Below, in pieces: positions 46,165 to 56,283 of a DNA stretch of 64,000 bases (position 1 is the first letter of the stretch; each line of letters opens with the position of its first letter). The stretch comes from Bacteroidota bacterium (GTDB lineage Bacteria > Bacteroidota > Bacteroidia > Bacteroidales > UBA10428): positions 2,589,435 through 2,653,434 of the forward strand of contig CP065006.1 of assembly GCA_016699695.1 (NCBI GenBank), in the 5' to 3' direction. Below the pieces are notes generated by a model. It worked only from the letters and a program-made list of their open reading frames with translations, was not told the origin of the DNA and ran no database searches. The position numbers and the translations under genes were made by a program.

Positions 46165-48312
46165 TTATTCAATTAGTACAACTTCTCTATAAATTTCGCT
46201 GCCTGAAATCAGATTTAGCATATACACCCCACTTTTTATTTCAGCAATGTCTATCACATCAGAATCTAAGTTATTGTGCATAACCATTCTGCCACTCATA
46301 TCGATTAATTGGTAACTGTCGATTTGAATTTCTGGGTTGGTAGATTTAATATGGATTGTATTGCTAGCAGGGTTTGGAAAAACCTGGATTTTATCCGTCT
46401 CATTCTTTATATCATTAGAACTGGTTAGTGTTAATTCTAGACTAAAAATATCCGAAATGGAGGCCCCCGCCAAATCAACTGCGGTAACTTTTATGGAAAG
46501 GTTTTCTTCCACTGGAGGAATACCACTAAAGGTTTTTGTAGTGGAATTAAATTTGAGCCATTCAGGAAGATCATGTCCATTGCTACTTAATTTTGCTTCA
46601 TAAAACAGAAAATCGTTGTAATCATCAGAAAAGGCATTATCCTTTATTCTGATATTGATATTTTGCCCCAGGTGAGCAATGGTATCTGGAATTGGATTTA
46701 ATAAAACCGGCGCTTTATTAGTTATAAAACTGGTATCAACACCGTAGTATGCACTTTCGAAAGTTGTATTAAAAAATGTGGTGTTTTTTAATTGGGAGAC
46801 TGAATCGGACATCACTTTCAGATCTCCATTCTCAATATGATAAAGGATTATGTGTTTAGCGTTTATACTTTCTAAAACTTTATTGTAAGTTTCGCTCTCG
46901 CCAAAATAGCAGTAGTAGTTTAAAAAAGCAATATCAATATTTTCATTTTTTAAATTGAAAGTATCTAAATCAGAAATTTTAGCGCCGGTATAATCCCCAA
47001 CATGAAGTATTTTTAGATTATCAATTGTAAAAAGGTATCCGTTGTTTTCAAATTCTGGACGATTATCGTGTTGCATACGCATTACCTTAACTGGTATGCC
47101 ATTTGCTGATGTATCTGCATGCTTATTATAATTGGTTGTTAAAACTATAATTCTACTGCTAAAACTATTGTAATCTGGTTCTGTTTTCAATTGGGTTTCT
47201 ACATTTTTAGGGCATACAAAGCGTGTAGTGATGTTGTTTTTTAATTGTCTGGAAACAATAGATGCTTTAAAATGATCGTCATGATCGTGGGATACTAAAA
47301 ATAAATCGACAGAATGAAAGGGTGGAATTCCATTGCAAATCTTATCAATAACGCTTGTCGAAGGAGGTGTATAATATCCATATCCTTCGGTGAACAGGGC
47401 ATCGATAAGCACTTTTTTATTGCCGCTTTCAATTAAAAATCCGGCATTGGATATAAAGGTAACTTTTGCACCACTTAAGGCATGATTTTTAAAGAAATCC
47501 CAAAGTACTTCAGGGGTATTTATATCGCGGTTAGTATATCCCATTTCATTATTTCCATTCCAATCAGGTGCGTCATGTCCCCCACCTACAACCTGGTAAA
47601 ATACAATTTCCGAATTGTCTTGTCCATAGGTATATTTTATCACAGATGAATGGTCTGTTGTTACAATATCCGGTAAGGCCACAGAATCTTTTAATGATTG
47701 CGCATGATTATGATGTTTATAAAACGAGATTACAGAATCGACCGATATAATGTCAGAATCGCCAGCATAGAGTATAACATCGTCGCTGGTGCCATGAATT
47801 TTAACATAGGGTACAGGTTGCACCGGTTTATAGTATTTACTGTAACTGTTTAGCATAAACCCGCCAACATCTCCAAAAGCTGCTATTTTGTGAGATAATT
47901 CACACGCCAATAGATTCACCAAAATACACCCGGCTGAGTGCCCCGAAACATAAATCCGTTGTTTGTCAACAGCAAAGTTTTTAGTGAGGGTGTCGATTAG
48001 AGAGGAAATAAACACAAAATCATTTTCCCTACTCCAGCTTTTATTTAAGCCTTGTGGATACACAAGAATATAACCACTTGTGTCGGCATGTTCGGTAAAA
48101 CCATAGATTGATTCCGCTTCTTCTTTTGCAAAATTTCCGCCATGCAAAAAAATATGTAAGGGTATCTTTTGTAAAGGATCGTAGTTATTAGGCAAACGCA
48201 CAAGGTACGATCTGTTATTGTTGTTTACCTTCATCGAAAACTCTTGCGCCTGAATGGCTAAGCAAGAAAAAAGAACAAGCATGATGATTGGCAAAATTGA
48301 TTTCTTACTCAT
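46165..48312 (-). CDS. secreted multidomain protein: PHB-depolymerase-like esterase + MBL-fold hydrolase + cadherin-like Ig domain + T9SS C-terminal sorting domain
   Basis: The start at 48312 gives MSKKSILPIIMLVLFSCLAIQAQE. The esterase part shows HIFLHGG...RIYVSGHSAGC (GxSxG). The MBL part shows FLVSHDHDDHF (HxHxDH). The Ig-like part shows LPEWLKFNSTTKTFSGIPP. The CTD shows IQVFPNPASNTIHI...SGVYMLNLISGSEIYREVVLIE. Confidence 0.8.
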   Translation of the reverse strand: MSKKSILPIIMLVLFSCLAIQAQEFSMKVNNNNRSYLVRLPNNYDPLQKIPLHIFLHGGNFAKEEAESIYGFTEHADTSGYILVYPQGLNKSWSRENDFVFISSLIDTLTKNFAVDKQRIYVSGHSAGCILVNLLACELSHKIAAFGDVGGFMLNSYSKYYKPVQPVPYVKIHGTSDDVILYAGDSDIISVDSVISFYKHHNHAQSLKDSVALPDIVTTDHSSVIKYTYGQDNSEIVFYQVVGGGHDAPDWNGNNEMGYTNRDINTPEVLWDFFKNHALSGAKVTFISNAGFLIESGNKKVLIDALFTEGYGYYTPPSTSVIDKICNGIPPFHSVDLFLVSHDHDDHFKASIVSRQLKNNITTRFVCPKNVETQLKTEPDYNSFSSRIIVLTTNYNKHADTSANGIPVKVMRMQHDNRPEFENNGYLFTIDNLKILHVGDYTGAKISDLDTFNLKNENIDIAFLNYYCYFGESETYNKVLESINAKHIILYHIENGDLKVMSDSVSQLKNTTFFNTTFESAYYGVDTSFITNKAPVLLNPIPDTIAHLGQNINIRIKDNAFSDDYNDFLFYEAKLSSNGHDLPEWLKFNSTTKTFSGIPPVEENLSIKVTAVDLAGASISDIFSLELTLTSSNDIKNETDKIQVFPNPASNTIHIKSTNPEIQIDSYQLIDMSGRMVMHNNLDSDVIDIAEIKSGVYMLNLISGSEIYREVVLIE

Positions 48313-48457
48313 AATAAACAATTTTAGGGATTGGTTTTATGCAGCAAATTTAGTTAGCGCCGTAAAATAGCTTTAAGACAAATATGCCAATTACTGGCAC
48401 TTATCTGCCAACTAAAGAAGTTACTATATGTCAAAGGATTACAGAATAGAAAACCGA

Positions 48458-51400
48458 CTAATTCTCAAATTCAGTTGGCAGGCAACCAAAATGTTTTTTA
48501 AAGCATTTGGTAAAATAGGAAGGATCGTTAAAACCTGTTTTATAGGCTATTTCGCTGACTGAAGCTGCTTTTTGCCTTATTAAGTGAGCAGCTTTCCCGA
48601 GCCTGAAGTTTAAAATAAGTACAGATGGGTTTTGGTCGGTTAATGCTTTTATTTTTCTATGAAAATTACGATACGAAAAGCCAATTTCGGCGCTTAATTT
48701 TTCTACAGAATATTCCGTATCTGAGTAATTCTTTTCAAGTTGCAGAGCCACCGTATTTAAAAATTGCTCATCCATCGATGCTGTTTCAACTTCAAGTGGT
48801 TGCACTGATATTCTTTTTTCATATTTCTTTCTTAGCACTATTCGCTGTTTAATCAGGTTTTTAACCCTGATTAAAAGCTCCTCTTTTACAAATGGTTTAT
48901 TTAAAAAATCATCTGCACCGGTTTGTAAGCCATCAATTTTGGTATCAATATCGGCCTTGGCTGTCAATAATATTATTGGGATATGGCAGGTTAAAATGTC
49001 TTTCTTTATTTCGCAACACAGTTGAAATCCATCCATTATGGGCATCATTAAATCGGATATTATCAAATCGGGCATTGATTTTAATGCTTCCTTTAAACCC
49101 AATTGACCATTCATTGCAACAATTACCTTGTAACTACCTTCTAGCATATTGGCGATGTATGCTGCCATGTCATCGTTGTCTTCAACAACCAGAACAATGG
49201 GTTTATTCTTTCGGAGTTCAATTTCTTCCGATTCGGAATGTTCAACTTCTGGCTTAAAATTCGGAATGACTCCAGTTTGCTCATTGTATCCTGGCAAAAT
49301 GGAACTGCCTTCTACACAGTTTTCTTTGAATAGTTTATCATCCACATCAGTTTTTACAGGTAGGGTAACAAATACTGTTGTTCCCAGGCCTTCTTCACTT
49401 TGAGCTTCAACCTTACCCTGGTGCATTTCAACAATTTCCTTTACCAATGCAAGGCCGATTCCGGTGCCTTCGTATTTTTTTGTGCTGGAACTATCGGCCT
49501 GGTAAAACCTGGAGAAAATAAATGGCAATTGTTCTTTGTGAATGCCGATTCCGGTATCCTTAACCTGAATTGTGACTTGATTTGTAATAACTACTTTGTT
49601 GTTTTTATGAATTTGTTTTGATTCCAATGCCAACGATATTTCTATTTTTCCACCATCGGGTGTGAATTTAAATGCGTTTGATAATAGGTTCGATAATACA
49701 ATTTCTATCTTTTCTCTATCGAAAACGAATTTTATGTCGCTGGGGAGAAGGCTTATTCTGAAATCAATTTTCTTTATTTCGGCCAGGCTGTGGAAGGAAG
49801 CTGTAAATTGGCTTACCACCTCGTTTATGCTATACAAACCCAAACTCGATTTTGCCTTTAGCATCTCGAATCGCGATAATTCGAGTATTTGGTTTATTTG
49901 ATTTTTAAGTTTTTCGGCATGCTTATTAATTAGTGCCAACCTATTGCTAAATTTTACGTCTTTTACTTCTTTAATTAATTCATGCAAGGGACCCAGAATC
50001 AATGTTAAAGGAGTGCGGAATTCATGTGAGATATTTGCAAAAAAGTTGGACTTAAATTTGTCTAATTCCTTTAGTTCTGTTGTTTGCTTCTCGAGCTGAA
50101 TGTTTTTTTGATGAAGTTCTTGAGTTCGCTGAATAATTTTTTGCTCCAGCAAATGTTTTGCCTTATTGATTTTCGAAACCCTCCATCTAAGAATGATTAA
50201 AACAATTGCAATCGATATTAAAACGTAAATACAGTATAAATACCAGGTACGATACCAAGGTGGAAGAATAGTAAATTTGAAATAATCTTCAGAACTTACT
50301 TGTCCCAGGTAGTTTTGCCCACGAACCTTAAAGCAGTAATCACCTTCCCATAGTCTTGCATAATTCACTTTGTTGTTCTCAGTCCAATCACTCCATTCAT
50401 TGTCGGCACCTTCGAGCTTAAATTGAAACTTATTTTTATGTTTTTCAATGTACGAAGTAAGGGTAAATTCAAATGCTACCTTATTGTTATCATATTTTAT
50501 CGATTGGGTAACATCTTTATTTCTTGAATTAAGGAGGTAAAGAGTAGAATCGTTTTTAAGTAAAACTTTGCGTATGTAAGTGTTTGCGCTATTTTGAATG
50601 GCTTCCGAAATTCCTTTTGTATAAAGCGCTAAACCGGAGTTGGTGCAAATCCAATAACTACTATCACTTTCCTGCGAAATGCTGTGGATAACTGTCCCAC
50701 CAATACGATTCAAATCCAATTCAACAAACTCATAGCGATTGCCAATAAGATTTACAACTCTTGTACTGTAGTCATACCTTTGACTTGCATCGGCAATGGA
50801 AAGCCATAAATTTCCAGATTTATCATTCAAAAAAATTTCTGAGAGGCATTCATCTTTAAGAAGTAAGCCCTCAAATTTTTTATCAATAATAAACTCTCCT
50901 GTTTTTTTATTAAAAATATACACCCTTCCAGGCGTTGAAGCATAAACATTGTTGGAAAATGAGAAAAAACTGCGCCAGTAAGCTTTTAAGATAGTATCAT
51001 TAATCTTATACTTTACACATTCGGGGTTCTCTATACGAATAGAGTTGTCTGTTTTGTTCACTAGCTTATACTGAAGGATATTTTCATTTTGAACAACCCA
51101 AAAATCTCCATTTTCATCATCCCCTAAAGTATTTCCGATTATCGGCTTAATTATCCCTTCATCCCTTAAACCATTTTTGTTGTATAAACTGGCCAATCCA
51201 GCATCTGTAATAATAAATATGCGGTTTTTATCGTAATTCGAAACATGAAATTGGTGTAAATACTCTTCAGGCAATTCTTTATAGAGATTGAGAGCTTCCG
51301 CCCTGTTTTTATTAATCTCAAATAAACCTTCACATGCTGTAACCAATAACTTGTTATTATGAATCAAAGCATCGTGGCAAGCAGTTTTTAAAATGGGTTC

Positions 51401-52537
51401 GAAACGGAAGTTTATACTTTTACTATTAGGTTCTTGCGCAAATTGTTGGGGTGGAATTAATCGGTAATATTGATTTCTTGTAAAAACATAAAAATCAGAT
51501 TCAAACGAAGCCACGCGCCAAATTTGTTCATGCAGTCCGTGGTTTTTGTTAAACCACCTAAAGGGTTGGCTGTTTTCAATTTTGCTTATGCCATTCATGG
51601 TCGAAACCCAGATATTCCCTTGATGGTCAGTGCATAAATCCGACGCATTGTCGTTACACAAGCCATTCGATTCATTTAATACCTGAACAATGTTTCCACC
51701 TTCATCTATCAGGTGTAATCCATCTCGCCCAACTAAAAATAAAAATTGGCCGTTGTTGAGCTCAATACCTTTCGAATAGCTTTTCGTGGAGGTTGAAAAT
51801 GGGGTAAGCTTTTTGTTTTCGAGCAAATACAAACCTTTTTCCTCGATAGAAAGTAGTATTTTGCCCGAAGCGCAAACTAATATGTAGTCTATTGTATTCT
51901 CTTTCAGAAAAGTATCTTCATAATAAAGCAGTAAGGTGTCGTTTTTCAGAATTAATAAGCCTTTACCTATTTCCTGAACAATTAAATTGCCATTTAAAAC
52001 TGCCGAAGCACCATACTTACTCTTTGTTTGCCACGATTTAAGTTTTGTTCCGTCCCAAAAATCAATGTGTGAATCAGATATAAAAAAAACGCCCTTTCCA
52101 TTAAGAAGAATATTTTTGTTTTGTTCGTTATAGACAGCAGTACTGTCATGTAGCAAAACAATTTCTTTAAATTCATACCTATTGGTGGGTTGAAGCAAGC
52201 CTATTCTGCGTTCGTACGAATCATGAAAAAATAATTCGCCTTTATCATTGGCTTTAATAATTGATTTATTCGTTCCATATTGAATAAGCCGCCAATCGTA
52301 CCCATCGTATTCTAAAATGCCCAATCCATTTGCTACATATATAAAATGATTTTGGGCAACTGTTATTGAAAAGCATGAAGAATATGCATTATAATCTTTT
52401 TCGTAGAAGTTTTCGATATACGGCAAACCTTCTAATTGCCTATTTTGGAATACTTTATCCTGCGCAAATAGAATATTGTAATTGCAGTAAAGTAGTATGA
52501 TTATCCAGAAGTATTTTCTATTGTGCAAGGTTTTCAA
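48458..52537 (-). CDS. hybrid two-component system sensor kinase/response regulator with AraC-type HTH (HTCS)
   Basis: 1359 aa with periplasmic propeller repeats plus a Y_Y_Y-like region (WSDWTENNKVNYARLWEGDYCFKVRG), a TM segment, HisKA (FFANISHEFRTPLTLI), HATPase (DTGIGI...GTGIGLALVKEIV), REC (VLVVEDNDDM...DLIISDLMMPIMDG) and AraC HTH (GFNDPSYFTKCFKKHFG). Confidence 0.9.
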   Translation of the reverse strand: MKTLHNRKYFWIIILLYCNYNILFAQDKVFQNRQLEGLPYIENFYEKDYNAYSSCFSITVAQNHFIYVANGLGILEYDGYDWRLIQYGTNKSIIKANDKGELFFHDSYERRIGLLQPTNRYEFKEIVLLHDSTAVYNEQNKNILLNGKGVFFISDSHIDFWDGTKLKSWQTKSKYGASAVLNGNLIVQEIGKGLLILKNDTLLLYYEDTFLKENTIDYILVCASGKILLSIEEKGLYLLENKKLTPFSTSTKSYSKGIELNNGQFLFLVGRDGLHLIDEGGNIVQVLNESNGLCNDNASDLCTDHQGNIWVSTMNGISKIENSQPFRWFNKNHGLHEQIWRVASFESDFYVFTRNQYYRLIPPQQFAQEPNSKSINFRFEPILKTACHDALIHNNKLLVTACEGLFEINKNRAEALNLYKELPEEYLHQFHVSNYDKNRIFIITDAGLASLYNKNGLRDEGIIKPIIGNTLGDDENGDFWVVQNENILQYKLVNKTDNSIRIENPECVKYKINDTILKAYWRSFFSFSNNVYASTPGRVYIFNKKTGEFIIDKKFEGLLLKDECLSEIFLNDKSGNLWLSIADASQRYDYSTRVVNLIGNRYEFVELDLNRIGGTVIHSISQESDSSYWICTNSGLALYTKGISEAIQNSANTYIRKVLLKNDSTLYLLNSRNKDVTQSIKYDNNKVAFEFTLTSYIEKHKNKFQFKLEGADNEWSDWTENNKVNYARLWEGDYCFKVRGQNYLGQVSSEDYFKFTILPPWYRTWYLYCIYVLISIAIVLIILRWRVSKINKAKHLLEQKIIQRTQELHQKNIQLEKQTTELKELDKFKSNFFANISHEFRTPLTLILGPLHELIKEVKDVKFSNRLALINKHAEKLKNQINQILELSRFEMLKAKSSLGLYSINEVVSQFTASFHSLAEIKKIDFRISLLPSDIKFVFDREKIEIVLSNLLSNAFKFTPDGGKIEISLALESKQIHKNNKVVITNQVTIQVKDTGIGIHKEQLPFIFSRFYQADSSSTKKYEGTGIGLALVKEIVEMHQGKVEAQSEEGLGTTVFVTLPVKTDVDDKLFKENCVEGSSILPGYNEQTGVIPNFKPEVEHSESEEIELRKNKPIVLVVEDNDDMAAYIANMLEGSYKVIVAMNGQLGLKEALKSMPDLIISDLMMPIMDGFQLCCEIKKDILTCHIPIILLTAKADIDTKIDGLQTGADDFLNKPFVKEELLIRVKNLIKQRIVLRKKYEKRISVQPLEVETASMDEQFLNTVALQLEKNYSDTEYSVEKLSAEIGFSYRNFHRKIKALTDQNPSVLILNFRLGKAAHLIRQKAASVSEIAYKTGFNDPSYFTKCFKKHFGCLPTEFEN

Positions 52538-52736
52538 TATTGGCTAAAGTTCATTTTTTTTCTATCCATGAATGGGCTGGTTTTAGAAGTCTCTGGGTTA
52601 CTCTCTCCGTTCGTGAAAGCGCTGCGCTAAATTAAACCTGGAGTAATAAATCTTTTACAGGCCGAAGAAAGGTTACGGTTTTTACTTAACCCTAATTACA
52701 AGACAATATTGCAAACCTTTACACTTATTCGCAAAT

Positions 52737-52765
52737 AAAAAAAGCTCTCAGAAAATCTGAAAGCT
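52737..52765 (-). terminator. intrinsic terminator after tRNA-Val
   Basis: On the minus strand, AGCUUUCAGA-UUU-UCUGAGAGCU forms a 10-bp stem with one G-U pair, followed by U7. Confidence 0.55.
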
Positions 52766-52769
52766 TCTG

Positions 52770-52844
52770 TGGGCGATGACGGATTCGAACCGCCGACCCT
52801 CTGGGTGTAAACCAGATGCTCTGAACCAGCTGAGCTAATCGCCC
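52770..52844 (-). tRNA. tRNA-Val (anticodon TAC)
   Basis: The reverse complement is GGGCGATTAGCTCAGCTGGTTCAGAGCATCTGGTTTACACCCAGAGGGTCGGCGGTTCGAATCCGTCATCGCCCA. It folds as a cloverleaf with a 7-bp acceptor stem, GCTC/GAGC D stem, TCTGG/CCAGA anticodon stem with loop TT-TAC-AC, and GGCGG/CCGTC T stem with TTCGAAT loop. Confidence 0.95.
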
Positions 52845-52863
52845 TTGTGCTATTAAGCGGGTG

Positions 52864-52871
52864 CAAATATA
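52864..52871 (-). promoter_or_regulatory. candidate -7 box (TATATTTG on minus strand) for tRNA-Val
   Basis: Matches TAnnTTTG about 19 nt upstream of the mature tRNA 5' end. Confidence 0.3.
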
Positions 52872-52900
52872 AAAGAGATTTTTACAATAAAAAAGTTTTT

Positions 52901-54196
52901 CTATTTTTTTTGAAGTGCCAAAAAATCAGCCACCACAAAGGTGCTTCCGCCTATATAAATAAAATCTTCCTTTTCAGCATTTTTTTGTGCATCGCACCAG
53001 GCGGCTTCTACATTCTCATAAACCTGGCCTTTTAGCCCAAAGTTTGAGGAAAGATTCATAATCTCCTGAGGGTCCGCGGCACGTTCGATAGAGGCCCGGG
53101 TAAAATAATAGATAGCTTCTTTAGGGAAAAGCGGCAGTATTTCTGCAATATTTTTATCGTTTACAAAACCTATGACCATGTGCAATTTCTTGTAATTCGT
53201 TTTCGAAACCTGGTCGAGGGTCAGGCAAAGTCCATCTTTGTTATGGGCCACATCGCATACCGTAAGCGGGTTTGTGCTGAATATTTGCCATCTTCCTTGC
53301 AATCCGGTGGTTTGCATCACAGTTCTAAACCCCTCGCTGATATGATGGTTGTTAACCGGAAATTTATCAGCAATTACATCGAGGGTGGTGAGACAGGTTA
53401 TTAAGTTTTGATATTGATAATGGCCCAAGAGATCGGTCTCATAAGCCAGGTTCCCATGCGAACTCTTTATTTGTATTAGCTGTGTATTTCGGTCGGTGCG
53501 GTGCGACGAAAGAAAACGGTATTGTTCGTTGGCTTGTATGAGAGGCGACTCCATCAGCGAACAACGGGCATGGAAAACCCCTTTCGATTCGTTGGTTGAT
53601 TCACCAATAATTACAGGAACCATTGGTTTGATTATTCCTGCTTTTTCTTTTGCGATGAGCTTAATAGTATTTCCCAGAAACTGCTCATGGTCCATTCCGA
53701 TATTGGTTATTACCGATGCAATGGGAGTAATAATATTAGTAGTGTCAAGTCGGCCACCTAGTCCTGTTTCGATAATTGCCACATCTACCTCTTCTGTTTT
53801 AAAATAGCTAAAAGCCATAAACACAGTCATCTCGAAAAAGGATGGTTTGATTAGTTCGAAAAAGCACTGATTACGCTGGATAAACTTAATGATGTATTTC
53901 TTATCAATCATCTCTCCGTTGATGCGGATTCTCTCACGGAAATCGAGCAAATGAGGCGAGGTGTACAAACCTGTTTTATAACCGGCTTTCTGCAAGATGG
54001 AAGCCAACATATGACTTACCGACCCTTTCCCATTGGTACCTGCTACATGTATAGTTTTATAGGCTTTATGGGGGTATCCGGAAAATTTATCGAGCTCATA
54101 GGCATTTTCGAGATCGCCTTTGTAAGCCGCTTTGCCTATGCGTTGATACATAGGCAGGGACTCGAACATGTAGTGAAGGATTTGTTCGTAAGTCAT
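52901..54196 (-). CDS. folC: bifunctional folylpolyglutamate synthase / dihydrofolate synthase
   Basis: 431 aa with HVAGTNGKGSV P-loop, LYTSPHL and IIETGLGGRLDTTN. Confidence 0.9.
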   Translation of the reverse strand: MTYEQILHYMFESLPMYQRIGKAAYKGDLENAYELDKFSGYPHKAYKTIHVAGTNGKGSVSHMLASILQKAGYKTGLYTSPHLLDFRERIRINGEMIDKKYIIKFIQRNQCFFELIKPSFFEMTVFMAFSYFKTEEVDVAIIETGLGGRLDTTNIITPIASVITNIGMDHEQFLGNTIKLIAKEKAGIIKPMVPVIIGESTNESKGVFHARCSLMESPLIQANEQYRFLSSHRTDRNTQLIQIKSSHGNLAYETDLLGHYQYQNLITCLTTLDVIADKFPVNNHHISEGFRTVMQTTGLQGRWQIFSTNPLTVCDVAHNKDGLCLTLDQVSKTNYKKLHMVIGFVNDKNIAEILPLFPKEAIYYFTRASIERAADPQEIMNLSSNFGLKGQVYENVEAAWCDAQKNAEKEDFIYIGGSTFVVADFLALQKK

Positions 54197-54275
54197 TTTA
54201 AGTCAATCAAACATAATTTTGTAGGCTCGTGCCCTAAAGGTGAGAAAAACTCATTGAAAAGTTTCAATTATCCTT

Positions 54276-54797
54276 TTACGACAACGAATTCCATTTTTCA
54301 TAATGAATACGCTCTGGCAAGAATCTGTCAACTTTTTTGACCGCACTTGCTGGATGTCCAATGGAAATAACAGAGAAAGGAACAACATGTTCAGGCAAGC
54401 AGAAGAGTTTATGCAATGCATCAATCCGGTTTTGTCTGGGAAAAATACCTACCCAGCAGGCTCCCAATCCTAAGCCGTGAGCAGCCAGCAACATATTTTG
54501 TGTGGCAGCCGAACAATCGACAGGTCCGTAGCCTTCGTCATGCTGAAGATTTTTATCAAAACTAACCAATATTCCGGCAGAAGCTTCCTTTAGCATGGCT
54601 GCATGGGGGTGTACTTCAATTATCTTTTCGATGGTTTCAGCATCCTGAAAAATAATAAAATGCCAGGGTTGTTTATTCACTGCCGAGGGCGCATACATAC
54701 CGCATTCGATAATTTTTACCAACAAGTTGTGTTCAACCTTTTCGGTGGTGTATTTCCTGATACTGCGGCGGTTAAATAATGCTGTAAATAAATCCAT
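54276..54797 (-). CDS. nitroreductase family protein
   Basis: 173 aa with LFNRRSIRKY...APSAVNKQPWHFI...QNMLLAAHGLGLGACW. Confidence 0.8.
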   Translation of the reverse strand: MDLFTALFNRRSIRKYTTEKVEHNLLVKIIECGMYAPSAVNKQPWHFIIFQDAETIEKIIEVHPHAAMLKEASAGILVSFDKNLQHDEGYGPVDCSAATQNMLLAAHGLGLGACWVGIFPRQNRIDALHKLFCLPEHVVPFSVISIGHPASAVKKVDRFLPERIHYEKWNSLS

Positions 54798-54933
54798 GGT
54801 ATTGTAGATGGTTCATAAATGTATAGAACGGTAAAAAATAAAAGAAATAATTTAATTATATTTAATTCGTTTCAAAAAGCTCAGAAGCCCTTTTATTGGT
54901 ACCCAGAAGAGTATTGTAATATTACAGAATTAT

Positions 54934-56265
54934 ATGGCACGCAAACAGAAGAAAATTTTTATAATTGATACCAACGTGCTACTGCACGATTATAAGTGTA
55001 TCTATAATTTCCAGGAAAACGATATAGTAATACCAATTACTGTATTGGAAGAGCTTGATAAATTTAAAAAGGGGAACGACCTGATAAATTTTCATGCCCG
55101 GGAGTTTACGCGCGAACTAGACAAGCTATCGGGCGATAATCTGTTTAACGGAGGTGTAACACTTGGTAAAAAACTTGGTAATCTAACCATCGAAACCGGC
55201 AAGCCCTTCTCTGAAAAACTAAGGGTTTCCTTTCCGGAAATGACTCCCGATCACCGTATTCTTGCCATTGCCGAGAGTATTTCCATCTCAAAACCTAATC
55301 ACCAGGTTACCCTTGTAACCAAAGACATTAATCTACGCATGAAGGCCAAATCCATTGGTGTCATGGCGGCCGACTACGAGAGCGATAAGGTTCAGAACCT
55401 CGAGGAGTTTTATAAAGGAATCAATACCCTTGAAGGAGTAAGTGACGAGGTTATCTCAAAAGTGTACGAAGAAACAGAGGGTATTCAGGTAAAAGACGTG
55501 GCTGGTAAAATTGCGCCCAAACCCAATCAGTATTTTATTCTTAAGGGAGCCCGCTCCAGTGCGCTGGTGCATTACAACCCTTACCTAAAGGCTTTCGACA
55601 GGGTATTGAAACAAAAAGTGTATGGCATCGAACCCCGCAATGCCGAACAGACCTTTGCCCTCGATTGCCTTTGTCGTGACGAAATTCAACTGGTGACTAT
55701 TACCGGGAAAGCCGGAACGGGTAAAACACTTTTAGCCCTTGCCGCCGCTGTAGCTCAGCGTCAGAAATATAGTCAGATATTTCTTGCAAGACCCATTGTG
55801 CCGCTGTCGAACAAAGACATTGGCTTTTTGCCAGGCGATGCCAAGGAGAAAATAGGGCCCTACATGTTGCCTCTTTTTGATAACCTCGATGTCATTAAAA
55901 ACAAGTTCAGTCCAACCAGCAAAGATTATCAGAAGATTGAGGAAATGGTGAAGGGCGAAAAACTAATCATTACCCCGCTGGCTTTTATACGCGGACGCAG
56001 CCTTTCGAATGTGTTTTTTATTGTCGACGAAGCTCAGAACCTGACTCCCCACGAAATTAAAACCATAATCACAAGGGCAGGAGAGGGAACAAAAATGGTT
56101 TTTACCGGCGATATCGAACAGATCGATTCTCCTTACCTCGATATGAAATCGAACGGACTATCGTACCTTACTGATAAAATGATCGGTCAAGATGTATTTG
56201 CACACATCAACCTGATAAAAGGCGAGAGAAGCTACCTGGCAGAACTGGCTAGTAACCTATTATAA
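54934..56265 (+). CDS. PhoH-family ATPase with N-terminal PIN domain (YlaK-like)
   Basis: 443 aa with a PIN-like start (IFIIDTNVLLHD...VIPITVLEELD), Walker A (GKAGTGKT) and Walker B (FFIVDEAQNLT). Confidence 0.85.
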   Translation: MARKQKKIFIIDTNVLLHDYKCIYNFQENDIVIPITVLEELDKFKKGNDLINFHAREFTRELDKLSGDNLFNGGVTLGKKLGNLTIETGKPFSEKLRVSFPEMTPDHRILAIAESISISKPNHQVTLVTKDINLRMKAKSIGVMAADYESDKVQNLEEFYKGINTLEGVSDEVISKVYEETEGIQVKDVAGKIAPKPNQYFILKGARSSALVHYNPYLKAFDRVLKQKVYGIEPRNAEQTFALDCLCRDEIQLVTITGKAGTGKTLLALAAAVAQRQKYSQIFLARPIVPLSNKDIGFLPGDAKEKIGPYMLPLFDNLDVIKNKFSPTSKDYQKIEEMVKGEKLIITPLAFIRGRSLSNVFFIVDEAQNLTPHEIKTIITRAGEGTKMVFTGDIEQIDSPYLDMKSNGLSYLTDKMIGQDVFAHINLIKGERSYLAELASNLL

Positions 56266-56283
56266 TTTAAAAAGTCATCCTGT

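Noticed and set aside
52847-53035. 62-aa plus-strand ORF between the tRNA and folC
   Set aside because: It overlaps the tRNA promoter region and the 3' end of folC in antisense. It is AT-rich low-complexity sequence.
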